Assembly: GCA_013265495.1 (NCBI GenBank)
Contig: MU058037.1
Coordinates: 312,001-376,000, forward strand
Direction: 5' to 3'
DNA length: 64,000 nucleotides
Source of the DNA: Vicugna vicugna
Lineage: Eukaryota
In this document: in pieces, positions 36,592 through 48,170 of the stretch
Layout of the letters: each line of letters starts with the position of its first letter
How positions within the stretch are numbered: position 1 is the stretch's first letter
Made by a program: the position numbers and the translations under genes
The notes under the pieces: model-generated
Databases searched by the model: none
Told to the model about the DNA's origin: nothing
What the model saw: the letters and a program-made list of their open reading frames with translations, nothing else

Positions 36592-36760
36592 ACCTTGTTA
36601 CCCAAGATGTGGTCTGCAGACCAGCAGCTTGGACATCGCCTGGGAAACTGTTAGAAATTCAGACTCTCTATACCCATCCTAGACCTACTGAATCAGAATC
36701 TGTGTCTTGAACAAGACCTTCAAGGGGTTCATGTGCCTGTTAAAATTTGAGAAGCCTGAT
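36592..36760. mobile_element. MER5A
   Basis: GTGGTCTGCAGACCAGCAGC...CCTGGGAAACTGTTAGAAAT...AGACCTACTGAATCAGAATCTG...AAAATTTGAGAAGC. Confidence 0.85.
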
Positions 36761-37434
36761 ACTAAAGGCCAGTTTGGCAGTCATTGAAACTATGCTGATG
36801 CCTTCTCAACTGGCTCAGGAAGTTCATATTTTCCAATGGTAGCAGTGCTTTCAAAAGTGACATCCCACAGCACAGAGTATTTTTTTTGCTCTTAATCCAA
36901 AGATTACATGGTTGATTTTTAACTAAAATATTAAGGAACATGCACTAAGAAGGGATTGTATGATATCATGGTAGATGATGTTATGATTTTGAAAATGTAT
37001 AATTAGAATTCTTATATGAACAACTTTCTAAATGAGAAAAATTCTTCCCTCCCTAATATTCCCTCAGATCAATACATCTGTGTTGTATTTGTAATATTGA
37101 ATTTTTTTCTCTTGGTCAAGCCCGAGCTCTCCAATTCCCCAGAAAGCACAGGAGATCACATTTAAGGGCTGAGAGTTTCAAATAAACTGTGTCTCTTTTC
37201 ACAAATCTCTAATGTGAAGTGTTTGGAATAATTAATCTAATTTGCATTGCATTTACAAACAACTGATAATACCTTTTAAACATGCTATAGAAAAATTAAT
37301 TGGGGATTTTGTAAAGAATAGTTTTTCGTTATTATGTTTTTCCTTTATTTGAAATCCCTGATCACCTAAAATTAACTAGAGCAGTGTAACTCTATAAGTA
37401 GCAAGGTCCCCTGTAACCTGGACCTCCTGTACTT

Positions 37435-37660
37435 CTTCTTTGCTTCAACAAACGTGCATTGGTTATCTACTGTGTGCCATGAACGAGAGTGCAAAGACTA
37501 AATCTCCACCTTAGAATTGCTCACAATCTCATGGGGGAAAAGGTCAAGAACAGCGTTGCAATGCTGAATTATAAATGCTATAAAAGTGTTGGCAACACAT
37601 GATGGAAAGTAGAGAAGGGGTTAACTCAGTCTTGGGAATCAGACTGATTCTAAAAGAGAT
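37435..37660 (-). mobile_element. L2 3' end
   Basis: TTCAACAAACGTGCATTGG..ATCTACTGTGTGCCA...GCTCACAATCT...TAAATGCTATAA. Confidence 0.6.
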
Positions 37661-37969
37661 GAGTGCTTTTGGCATCTTAGTGTGTGATTTATGATACAAA
37701 TATGCACAAATGTTGGCTTGTGCTTTCAAAGAAGGTGGTTGAATGAATCTTTAAGTGGAGCCAAGCCTAATTTTGGCAGGTTTGATTAAACTGAACTTTG
37801 TCCAAAATGTAACCTGATGGACAGGATTAGAATGAGATGACCTCTGCTAACATAGTAAAACAAAAGTAAATTGTCTCCTTCATGAATCTGAATGATTAGC
37901 ATTAAAATACTCACTCTATCCTGAGCAGTTGTAGTATTTGCTGCAGTGGAGATAGCCGGGCACTAGTGG

Positions 37970-38170
37970 GATAATCATAATGATAACAGCTGACATGTAC
38001 AGTTTACAAAGTGCCTTCATACTCATTATCTCATTTAATTTTTTAATAACAACAACCCCATGAGGTAGGTGTCATTTGCATTTCTTAGTTGAACAAAAAT
38101 TATCAAAGTAAGTGGCAGAACCTTGATGAGAAACCAAGTCTTTAAAACCCCAAGATTAATACTCTTTCTT
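37970..38170 (-). mobile_element. MIR
   Basis: ATAACAGCTGACAT...AGTTTACAAAGTGCCTTCAT..CATTATCTCATTTAAT...ACAACCCCATGAGGTAGG. Confidence 0.75.
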
Positions 38171-39219
38171 GTGGAACTAGAACTTCCAAACCTCAGTAGA
38201 AATCTATCTTCATTCCAGATACTACACAGAAACTTCTCTCTTGACCTGGGGGAGCTTCACTAACAAGGGTTTCTGAAAGGCTGGCGTTGAAAGCTGGGCT
38301 TTTCCTCTAAAATAGAAACCGTATTTCCCCTGCCAAACCCTGTCCTCCTTCCATAGCCTTTGTCTCAGAGTATCCAGCACAATATGGTGATTGAAAGTGG
38401 GGGATAAAGGCAGAGTGGAATTGAAAATTACTGCAAAGTTTTTAACTTGAACATTGGACAATGGTGGAGACTTTCAGGGAGATGAAGATAACATAGAGGG
38501 TTGGATTTGGGGTGCAGACCAAGCCATAATTCTGTGAAATTGGGGAATATGGGCCAACTTAAATAGTTTGTCATCAGTAAATGATTGGACATAGCACCAG
38601 GTATCTTGAGTAAGTGGCTTTTCTGGAGCTGAGAGTTTTGGGTTATGGTTGGATATTGTCCATCTCACTTGGAGGAAGGCCTGACCAGTGCCTGGAACAC
38701 AAGCACAATTGGAGATAGGCAAGGGTCAGAGAACATGTCAGCTTTTCAACTGACACTCTGATCGATGCAAGGAGATTGAAAGGCAAATCAGAAAACCAAG
38801 GCAGAGGCCCAGTCAGGTGGCCTGGGCTAACATGTCAAGGTCAGGGACAAAACTTCAGGTCAATGATATATAGGAATCCCATTTTTTAGGCAGAACCCAG
38901 AGCAAAGTATGTGTTCTAAATGGAAAATCCCTCCCAGATGTCAGGCTTATGATAAAATAATATTCTTTCAATGTTCTTAATGTTAGGTAAGAGTTTCTGA
39001 AACACTGGCATCATTTAGGACTGACTCAAAAATCATCAGGCCTAAATCTACAGGTTTGGGTAAGGCTGGGGAAGGTGTAATTTGCTCTATCTGATATGAA
39101 TGAATTAGCACACATATTAAAATAAATACAATTTATATCTTGTATCAGATCACTAGAAGTATAATCCAGTGGCAAAAATCAAATTCATCAGATTTAATAT
39201 AAAATCCTATAATGGTATT

Positions 39220-39710
39220 TGTAGTTGACAGAATAATAGTTCCTCAAAGATGTCCATGTCCTAATCTCTAGAACATCTGAATATGTACCCTGCATGGCAA
39301 AATGGACAGGGAAGATGTGATTAAGGCTAAAAACACCTTGGGATGAGGAGATTATCCTGGATTATCTACATGAGCCCAATCTGATCACATAAGTCCTTAA
39401 AATCAGAGGAATCCCCCCATCCCACCCGCCCTGCTATAGGTAGAGAGAAAGAGGGCAGCAGGAGAATGACTTAATGACCCATTGCTGATTTTGAGATCTA
39501 AGGATCTGCGTTTAAGGAACTGAATTTTGCCAAGAACCATAGGAAAGAGATCCTATGGAAAGCAACACAGCCATGCCAATGCTTTCATTTTAGTCTGACG
39601 AGTCTTGTGTTGGACTTCTGATCTACAGAAGAGTAAGATAATACATTTGTGTTGTTTTAACACACAGTATTTGTGGTAATTTGTTATGGAGGCAATAGAA
39701 AATTAGTACA
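39220..39710 (+). mobile_element. MaLR solo LTR, MLT1D-like
   Basis: TGTAGTTGACAGAATAAT..CCTCAAAGATGTCCATGTCCTAATC...GAGATTATCCTGGATTATC...TTTGTGGTAATTTGTTATGG..GCAATAGAAAATTAGTACA. Confidence 0.88.
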
Positions 39711-39764
39711 GACTCGCTGTATGATTTGGGGATTTAGAGATTTTTAAACCTCTCATCGGCTGTG

Positions 39765-39965
39765 ATTTTCTATGTTTTGTTCACTGATACATAACAAGTG
39801 CTTGTAACCTGGGAAATAGTAGACACTCAATAAACATTAGTTGAATTAATTTATTTATTGGTCCTTCCACCAACAAATATTTATTGAGTGTGTATGAATA
39901 CATGGCTTCGTGCTAGATGTTGCGTCTAGATGTAAAGATATAAAAGACTTTTTTTCCATAGAATC
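39765..39965. mobile_element. Two L2 3' ends arranged tail-to-tail (+ then -)
   Basis: TTTTGTTCACTGAT...TAGTAGACACTCAATAAACATTAGTTGAAT, followed by CAACAAATATTTATTGAGTG...GTGCTAGATG. Confidence 0.75.
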
Positions 39966-39998
39966 TGAATCAAGAAGTTTGGATCAGTCTTCAGTAAT

Positions 39999-40230
39999 CA
40001 GGGTCAAAAAAGTATTGTCTGCAGGCCAAATCTGGCCCACTGTGTTTTTTGTAAATAAAGTTTTACGAAAAAAAGCTATGCTTATTATGTAGTATCTGTG
40101 GCTACTTTTGTGATAAAACTGCAGAGATGAGTAATTGCAACAGAAATCATATGACCTGCAAGCCAGAAATGTTTACTATCTGGCCTTTTATAGGGAAAGA
40201 AAAAAAAAAAAAAACAATTGTCAAACCTTG
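39999..40230. mobile_element. MER58A-like hAT MITE
   Basis: GCAGGCCAAATCTGGCCCACTG..TTTTTGTAAATAAAGTTTTA...CTGCAAGCC..AAATGTTTACTATCTGGCCTTTTA. Confidence 0.85.
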
Positions 40231-40430
40231 AGTCAGAACTCTGTCTTTATGATTTGCTCGGTCCTTTGGGCAAAACGTACAATCTCTTCAAGCTTCCTTT
40301 TTGTCTTCTATAAAATTGAGATGGTAGTACTTTTCTTACAGAATGGTTGTGAGAATTAAATGTTGAATGAGAATTAAATGATGGCTTCCAGTGCTCAGTA
40401 TAGAAGAATTCAGTAAGTGGTAGTTAAGAT
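40231..40430 (+). mobile_element. MIR
   Basis: CTTTGGGCAA...TCTATAAAATTGAGATGGTAGTAC...GGTTGTGAGAATTAAATG. Confidence 0.65.
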
Positions 40431-40802
40431 TTTTTTTTTGATTGATTCAACTACTGCTCCTTCTGCTGTCACCATCACAACCATAATGAAGTTGAAAAAT
40501 GTGTTCTGGAGAAGTATATATACTACAATTATTAATTAAAACTCAAATATACTTTGCTACTTTGAGTTTATTATGGTCCAGGACCTACTATTTAGCTGAT
40601 AACTTTGTAGCTGGTTTTATCTGTATCTGTTATTTCACTGTGATGAACAGCAGGATAGATCTTTACTTTCTCTGTCTGAACTAATTTTTAATTTCTCATT
40701 AGTCTTCAAGAAAATTTATACATGTTATATCATGTTGCGTAAGATTTTCATCACTTTTATTGTTGAGCCTTGAAGTCTCTGTGTGTGGGTTAGTGCCTAG
40801 AT

Positions 40803-41298
40803 TTGTGTTATTTTCAGAGGTGGCCTCAACTATATCTCCTGTCTCATATACTCTTTTGCAATGTGATCTTGCCACTCCCCCACCAACAGGTAGAGTCTGT
40901 TTTCCTCTGTTTGAGTCTGGTCTATCCCTGTGACTTGTTTGGAATGGAGCACAGCTAAAATGATACTGTATAACATCCAAGGATGAACCTTTAAGAGATC
41001 TGAGGCTTCCTTATTAACCTTTTAGAATGTTCCTACTTAGAACCCATATGCCATGTTGTGAAAAAGCCCAAGTAGCTCTGTGGAGGACCCTCCAGATGAA
41101 GGCCCTGGCTCAGCAGCCACCTGGCAGCCAACCATGTGAATGTAGCCATCTTAAACTTTGAGATATCCCTGTGTCTCAGCCAACATCATGTGAAGAAATA
41201 CCTGGTCTATTCACAGAATTATGGAAGATAATAATTTGCTTTCGTAAGCCACTAAATGTTGGGAATGCGTGCTACACACCAATTGATAACTGAAATAC
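40803..41298 (+). mobile_element. MaLR LTR, MLT1F/G-like
   Basis: CTTTTGCAATGTGATCTTGCCACTCC...TGCCATGTTGTGAAAAAGCCCAAG...TAAGCCACTAAATGTTGGG...GATAACTGAAATA. Confidence 0.8.
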
Positions 41299-42519
41299 TA
41301 AGTTCATATGACAGATAGTTTTCTTCTTCAGGATCTCTAACTGCCCAACTGCCCAACTGCCCATGGTAATCTGTGACTGTAGAGTTTTGTAATTTCAGCT
41401 GAGGACCAGCAATACTGTTATTAAGCTGCCATTTGGAACCATCTTGGAAAGTTTCAAGATCTCTTTAAATAGAAGTAAAGGGTGGAATTTGACACAACAT
41501 TGTAAAATGATTATAAATCAATAAAAAAATTAAAAAAAAGAAGTAAAGGATGAAGTGCGGGAGGGGGCAGAGAAATAAGCAGGTTTCCAATACTGCAAGA
41601 GACATTATTTAGAAAATTGTCTGAATAAAAGTAGTGTTTCCTTATCTTGATGTTAAAGGCTCCATAATTTAGCAGTGAATTTTTCAGCTTGACATCCTCA
41701 CGATTCACCTTTTTCTTTCTTACTAGCATTTCTTCACTCATGTGGTTTTCTCTGCTTAAAAGGCCTTTCTACTCTAGAACTAACTGATGAATACGTAGTT
41801 ATTGTATGAAGGCCAGTTCAAAGGCCACCTCCACCAGAAAGACATCACTGATTCTCTTAGTCAAAAATTCTGTATATGCTTAAATATGAGATAATATTCA
41901 AATTAACTAGTGAGCAGAATCAAAAATACTGGTTGACTTGAATACAGAAACTGTGGGGATATAGATTGATGAAATATCTACTGATAATATCAAATATATG
42001 AGTTACACATGCATATTAAAATCACATTAGACAAAATATCGATTATTTTACAGATACTGCTTTGTTCTAGTCTAACATTTTAAAACAATTTTACTCAACT
42101 CTGCACTTCAGCATCATAGTCTTCATGATCATTAGAGTCACTCTTTTATTTGTCTCCTTGAGAACAGGGGCAAATAATTTTTTTTTAGAGAGAGAAATGG
42201 AGAAATGAAAAGATAAAGTTACTGTTTTTAAAGTCACTCCTTTTGGTTCTCTTATCATGGTTTTCCAGAAGATAGCATCTTCTCTTCTTTAGCTCAAGCT
42301 GCAAAAATCCATACCTGTGTGATTAGAACAGTGTTTTATTTCTTTATTTTCCATTCTTACCTGTAGGCATATATTAGTGATTTACAAAAATTAACCATGT
42401 ATCATCATTTGCAAATGTAAGGTTACATGCCCTGGGAATAATTACTGAATCTAGGTCAAAGGTATTTGCTTCTTTAAGAAACTAATTATTTTAGCTGAAA
42501 TTGATTGGCATTTATCTAA

Positions 42520-42885
42520 AACAGATGTTTTCAACCCTGGCTTCAACCTTGAATCACCAGAAAGGCATTAAAACTACAAGTTACAAGTGGGGCATCCTGG
42601 TGGGCTCTTACCCAGTATTACAATTTAATTTATATGGGATGGAACCCCAGAATTTAAGTTTTTGAAATGTTCCCAGATAATTCTAATGTGCAGCCAGAGT
42701 TGAGAACCACTGATCTAAGTAGTGGTTCTCAAAATGCGGTCTTCAGATCAGCAGCAACAGCATCACCTGTTTCTTGGACTCTACCCTACACCTACTGCAT
42801 TAGAAAGTCTAGGGAGAGAGCTCAGCAATCCAGCTTTAACAAGTTCTCCAAGTAATTCTGATGTACACTTAAGTGGAAACCTACT
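42520..42885. mobile_element. Two adjacent MER5-family MITEs (~42520-42712 and ~42720-42885)
   Basis: TTTTCAACCCTGGCT...CCCAGATAATTCTAATGTGCAGCCAGAGTTGAGAACCACTG, then AGTGGTTCTCAAA...CAGCAACAGCATCACCTG...TTTAACAAG..CTCCAAGTAATTCTGATG. Confidence 0.8.
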
Positions 42886-44253
42886 GATCTTGCTAACATG
42901 TCTTTATCAAATAGTAATTTGTTCAAAATAAGGTACTCGATAGAACAATATGTAGTATGACAAATTTACAAGGAATCTAATATGAGGGAGAGGTAATTTG
43001 GGAGAAAGATGACCTGCCTAATATGCAAGTATATACAGTAACCTCTTCTATAGTGCTTTCATTCTTGTAGGTGCTTTAATTGTACATCTTTTAAGCAATG
43101 GGCAGTGGATTGGTCAAATTGTTCTTCTGTGAGTGGTGGCCAGCTCTGTGCATTTTCAAAAGGCAAGCAAGTGCTTTCTACCCCCAAAGTACCCAGTATC
43201 TCTGAGGACGCATGGATAGATGCATGTACAATACAGGTATTTTGGCCTTAAATTCCCATTTCTTTCATTTTTAAAAATAGCTTTTAGGATGGTGCCATTC
43301 ATCAAGATATCTTAGCTCAAGCAGAGATAGCTAAAGCTCAAACCTCCTTTATAGTGGTTTTTAGGATTCAGCCACACATAGCTTCTTCAGTTGTACAGAT
43401 AAAATTACAGTGTTTTAATGTTACCTCAAGGCCTTAATTTAGGAATTGTAAACCTTTGGTTTCCATGCTGGAGAAGGAATCAGTAATAACTTTAAAATAC
43501 CCTTGAGTTTGCCTCTGCTCATTTATTTCCCAGATCTATACTTCATGTTTTCTTTCAGTGATACCCTTTTTCTTCTATTAATTGACTTCTGAGATTAATA
43601 AATTCTTGAAAGCATAGACAAAAATGAAAATTTGTCTCCTTGAGAACAAGGGCAAATAATTTTTAAGAGAAGGAAATGAAAAGATGCAGTTATTGTTTTT
43701 AAAGCCAGCGGCAGCTTGTGCTGGCAATAAAGGAGAGTTTGTATGCTGCTTTATGGAACTGAAAGTTTTGTCTTTGCTTTCCCTGCACACTTAAAGAGCC
43801 TGTTCATCTGTTCTTTTAACACCACCAGCATTTTTATAAACATGAAAAACACAACCCCAAAGTCTCTACCCCTTAATTGCTGTTGAAATAAGCTGTAGGA
43901 AAAACATAAGACTTATGATGTGTACACTGAACGTTCATTGCTCTGTAACATTATTGGAAAAGAACAAACACCTTGAGATGGCACCAATTTTGATCACGTC
44001 TTTCCTGGGGAGTGCGTGCAGGAGCAATCCCATGAGTTTGCATGAGATGTGAATTGAATTTCTTAAAAAGGATAATGGGAGTCTAGAAAATAGTTCTCTG
44101 CTGTATATCACTTAGCAGAGTTGCTTGCTAAACACCACCCCAATCTACTTCTGGTTGCTTTCCAGTGCCCCAAAGATGGCAATGTTATAGATTACATTGC
44201 TTCCATTCCTTTGAAGCTGGTGTTTCTCATGTGGTCTAGCTTCTTCCAAAGGG

Positions 44254-44292
44254 ATATATATATATATATATATGTATATGTATATATATATA
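44254..44292. repeat. (TA)n microsatellite
   Basis: Direct reading. Confidence 0.9.
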
Positions 44293-45699
44293 AATAAAAT
44301 ATTTATATAAAATATCTATGTAATATCTATGTAAACACTGGAGATCAGGAAGGGCAGAAGCAAGCACCATATGGCACAGCCCAGCAGTTCTTTTGATGGA
44401 TATGGTGGTGAAATCATAATGGTTCTTTTGAGGCATGTGTGGAGAGGTTGCAGTGTCTAATCCTAGCTTTATTGGTGTCAAGTAGAGGGCAGTAGTAAAC
44501 ACATCTAAAGTTTTTCCTGGGACATTCCCGTAATATGATTGAAATTCTTTTGATTGCATGGCTGTTGGCTATGTGTCATCCAAACTCATTTGCTCGAGTC
44601 CTTCCCAAAATTCTTAAAACCTCTGGCCTCTACAGGTTAGAAGGAAAATTTAGCACCCAGGACAACTTTGAGATTCTAAGAAGGAAAGGGATATTGTGAA
44701 CATGAATATAAATATTTTTAAAAGATTAAAGTGCATTTTCCACATGCATCTCTACATCATCCTCAACTCCCACGTGCCCTTGCCCTCTGCAGTTCTCTAC
44801 ATATATATCTCCAAGGCTTGTGTCTTGGTTCCACACAATATTTGGAGTCCTTTAAGCTGAGGTGACATCCAAGCTCCACTTCTTACTATCTTTGTGACCT
44901 TTGGCTAGTCACCACCCCTTTCTGAGTCCACATTGCAAAACTATACCTTCCCTGTTCATATCTATGTACCACCATGTTTTTTCTATTAAACAAATCAGTT
45001 AAAATAGGAATCTTAATTTGTTTGAGTTGCCCTCCTCCATCAAAACAAAGCTAACTCAGCCAGCTCACACGTGTCCATTCACATGCATGCATGCATGCGC
45101 ACGTGCACACACATGCCCGACTGTGTCAAGTTCTGTGCTTCTCTGTTGAGGTCAACATAAATTGTGTTTAGAACCTGCAGCTCACAAGCACTTGCTGACC
45201 TCAGTTCCCTTACCATCTCCGTCATTGGTTTCAGGAGAGGCTGGTGTCACCTAGAGTATTTATATTTACCATGTAGGCTATTAAAGGGGGGGCCTATGAA
45301 GGAATGGTGAGAAGACCAGTGGAGAACCGAGGAATCTGAGAGCTAGGATTTGTGTGTGTGCATGCACATACATGTGAGAGATGGTTGAGTCTGTTTTGAT
45401 ATGATGGCATATCAGGGCAATTCAAATTAAAATACCCATTTGTTTTAACTTGATTCATTATATGTGAATTATATATGAATATGAATGGGGAAAGTGTGGT
45501 GTTTTATAATGTCACAATAAGAGAAGGAACTTCTTTGTAACAAAAAAGATTATTATTTATTCCAAAATGTTTTCAAAAAGGAATAAAAGGTTTTATCTCA
45601 TTGCCAGTGATTTTAAAGCAGAATTGAAATATAATTGAGAAGGGACAGGGATCTACAGTGTACTGATGGAGAGGCAGCCATCTACAGAAACTTTTGTGA

Positions 45700-46815
45700 C
45701 TATAAGGGAGCTCTCTAATCAATCTAGATTTTTAAAAAATCATTCCCCAAAGAAAGATGATTTACATAAAAAACAATAACCATAATTACTCAATTCCTAT
45801 GTTAGGGTTTTTTTGTGTAATTTTAAGGATAATGGTACTAAAAGCATAGCAAGAAAAATGAAAATGGCTAAGAGGAAAGTAAACAAAGAGATATCTCAGG
45901 AATAAGGCATGCCTAGCTGCTTTAAATGAATGTGTCTTCAGAACTTGATGAATTACCTACAAAGATACTGGAACAGGTGTTTGTATATGATAAAAAATAT
46001 ACGACATTTTTGAGAATTTTGGAAAAAATATGTCTGACAGTCTCCAGTCAGAATACATATGCTGCCAGTGACAATAAAACTAATTCGTACTTGTTGAAAT
46101 TACAAAGTAGGTTGTTAATAGATTGCTGTTGAGCACTTAGTAAAAAAACAAACAAACAGTTATTACTAGGAGATAGCATGGGTTCACTAACAATAAGTCA
46201 TGCCAAACTAATCTTGTTGCACTTTTTAGTTTGAGTTGTACGTGGAAGGATAAGAAAAGAAACTCCATAGACCTAATATATTTTGATTTAAATAATATAT
46301 TTCACAAATATATTTTATGAAATCTGTGTATAGAGAAAAAATGGGGAAATGTAGCTGGATGATATTCAGTTAAATGGATTTATGGTTCATCAAACAATTT
46401 TAGCTTCTTCCCCCACCCCATGCATGGTCCTTATTTCAAAACAAATAAAATGTATAATATCTCTGCCCTTGGTCTTGTCCTACTCAACATTTTAATGATA
46501 TGTATAATGACATAGAAGGCATACTTATCAAATTTGCAGATGACATAAAGCTTGGAGCAATAGCTAATACACTGAGTAACTGAATCTTAATTCAAAACAA
46601 TCTTGACAGGCTGGAACTCTGGCCAAAGCTAACAAGATGAAGTTTAATAGTTATAAATGTTAAGTCCGGTATTTAGGTTCAAAAAAAATCAACTGTACAA
46701 ATGCTGGGTGAGAGGAAATTTGGCTTAGGAGCCATTTCTATGGGAAAAAAAAAAGCCAGTTATTTTTTCTGCCTATAAACTCAATATGAGCCTCCAACTT
46801 CCATTGATAGAAGCC
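45700..46815 (+). mobile_element. L3/CR1 relic with a legible RT core
   Basis: CATGGGTTCACTAACAATAAGTCATGCCAAACTAATCTT = HGFTNNKSCQTNL. From 46509 it reads DIEGILIKFADDIKLGAIANTLSN*ILIQNNLDRLELW (FADD at 46533-46544). Confidence 0.88.
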
Positions 46816-46829
46816 TCTTCATTGAAAAA

Positions 46830-47025
46830 ATATTTGTTACATCCCCACTATGTGCCCACTACATTCATGATCTTATATAACTCTTATAGTATCTCTCCAA
46901 GATAGTCATATTTATCCCTACTTTACAGATAAGAAAACTGATGAATTTGTTCATCTGTATGCTGCTATTAAATGTTAGAACTGCAATTCAAATTTAGCTC
47001 TCCTATTTCCAGATTCAGCATTCCA
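46830..47025 (-). mobile_element. MIR nested in L3
   Basis: ATCCCTACTTTACAGATAAGAAAACTGA, the antisense core. Confidence 0.7.
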
Positions 47026-47034
47026 GTATGGCTT

Positions 47035-47185
47035 TGCTGCTCAATGTGTGGCCCATAGGTCAGCAGCTTGTTATAAATGTAGACTCTCAGGCTTCACCCC
47101 AGACCTACTGAATCATAATCAGAATTTGCATTTTAACTAGATCCTGAGGGGACACGTCTGCACAGTAAAATTTGAGAAGCACTGT
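47035..47185. mobile_element. MER5A nested in L3
   Basis: AAATGTAGACTCTCAGGCTTCACCCCAGACCTACTGAATCA...TGCATTTTAAC...TTTGAGAAGCACTG. Confidence 0.85.
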
Positions 47186-47199
47186 GTTGTATCACACGT

Positions 47200-47560
47200 G
47201 CCTCAAGTTACCATTATAGACAGAAGAAAGTAACATCATTTTGGGAGGCTGGCTGGTTCACCAGTGGCTTGATCAGGCCTCATGGGATGGCATTATTTTA
47301 TTTTATCATGTCTGTCAGTAACCATATCTGCACTAGTTGGATAATACCTGAGAACTCTTGCTCATTTCTGTGTGCCAGATTTTAAGACGGAATATTAATA
47401 AACTGGCAGATCCAAGAGACATAATTAAGTGATGAGAGATGTTAAAAACAGATTCTAAGAAGAAATGAAGAATTCATGAATGTATAACTTTGAGAGGAGT
47501 CTTAAATAGGGTAGGATAATTGTTTTCAAGTATTTTGGGGTGATGTCATTAGGAAAAAGT
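47200..47560 (+). mobile_element. L3/CR1 continuation (ORF2 C-terminus)
   Basis: CAGATTTTAAGACGGAATATTAATAAACTGG..ATCCAAGAG...TTGTTTTCAAGTATTT. Confidence 0.55.
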
Positions 47561-47569
47561 ATTATTAAC

Positions 47570-48170
47570 ATTTCATTTATTCATCTTCTCCATTCTTTTA
47601 TTTCATTTATCAAATATTTATTGAGTACCTATTGTGTACATGTCATTGAAATATTCATGTCATTAAAATATTAAGTAGGATAAGACCAGAAATATTCTAC
47701 CTTTAATTTGTTTTGGAGGGAGCACATAGACTACACTTGGGGTTTGATAAGCAGCTAGGCATTAAGATTACAATCATAATCTTGAATAAGAAAGGCAAAG
47801 TGCTTGTTTTAAAGGAGGCAACAACCCAGTGATTACACAGTACGTAATTTATTACATGTACAGATAATATGCATGTAAATAAACACATACCAATATTATT
47901 TCAGAAAATTCTAAGTGCTCTTTGGTTAATAGAGAGACTTGGAGGAAACTAGTTTAGTTTGAAAGTGTCAGGTGGTCAGGGAAGGCCTCTCTGATGATAT
48001 TTGAGCTAAATCCTGAATGACAGGATGGAGCCAGTCATGTGAAGAGCTAGTGGAAGAGCCTTTTAGGGACAAGGAAGAGTAAATGCAAAGGTTCTGAGGA
48101 AGGAGCAAGTCTGGTGTGGTCTAGGACAGTCCTAAATGGGGCAACATGAGGATGAAACGGCAGGTGTCCA
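47570..48170 (-). mobile_element. L2 3' region
   Basis: CAAATATTTATTGAGTACCTATTGTG...GTGGTCAGGGAAGGCCTCTCTGA...GGAGCCAGTCATGTGAAG...AAATGCAAAGGTTCTGAGG. Confidence 0.8.

Noticed and set aside
38520..38900. Possible ancient Gypsy-type LTR
   Set aside because: Only a vague compositional resemblance; I found no termini or TSD.
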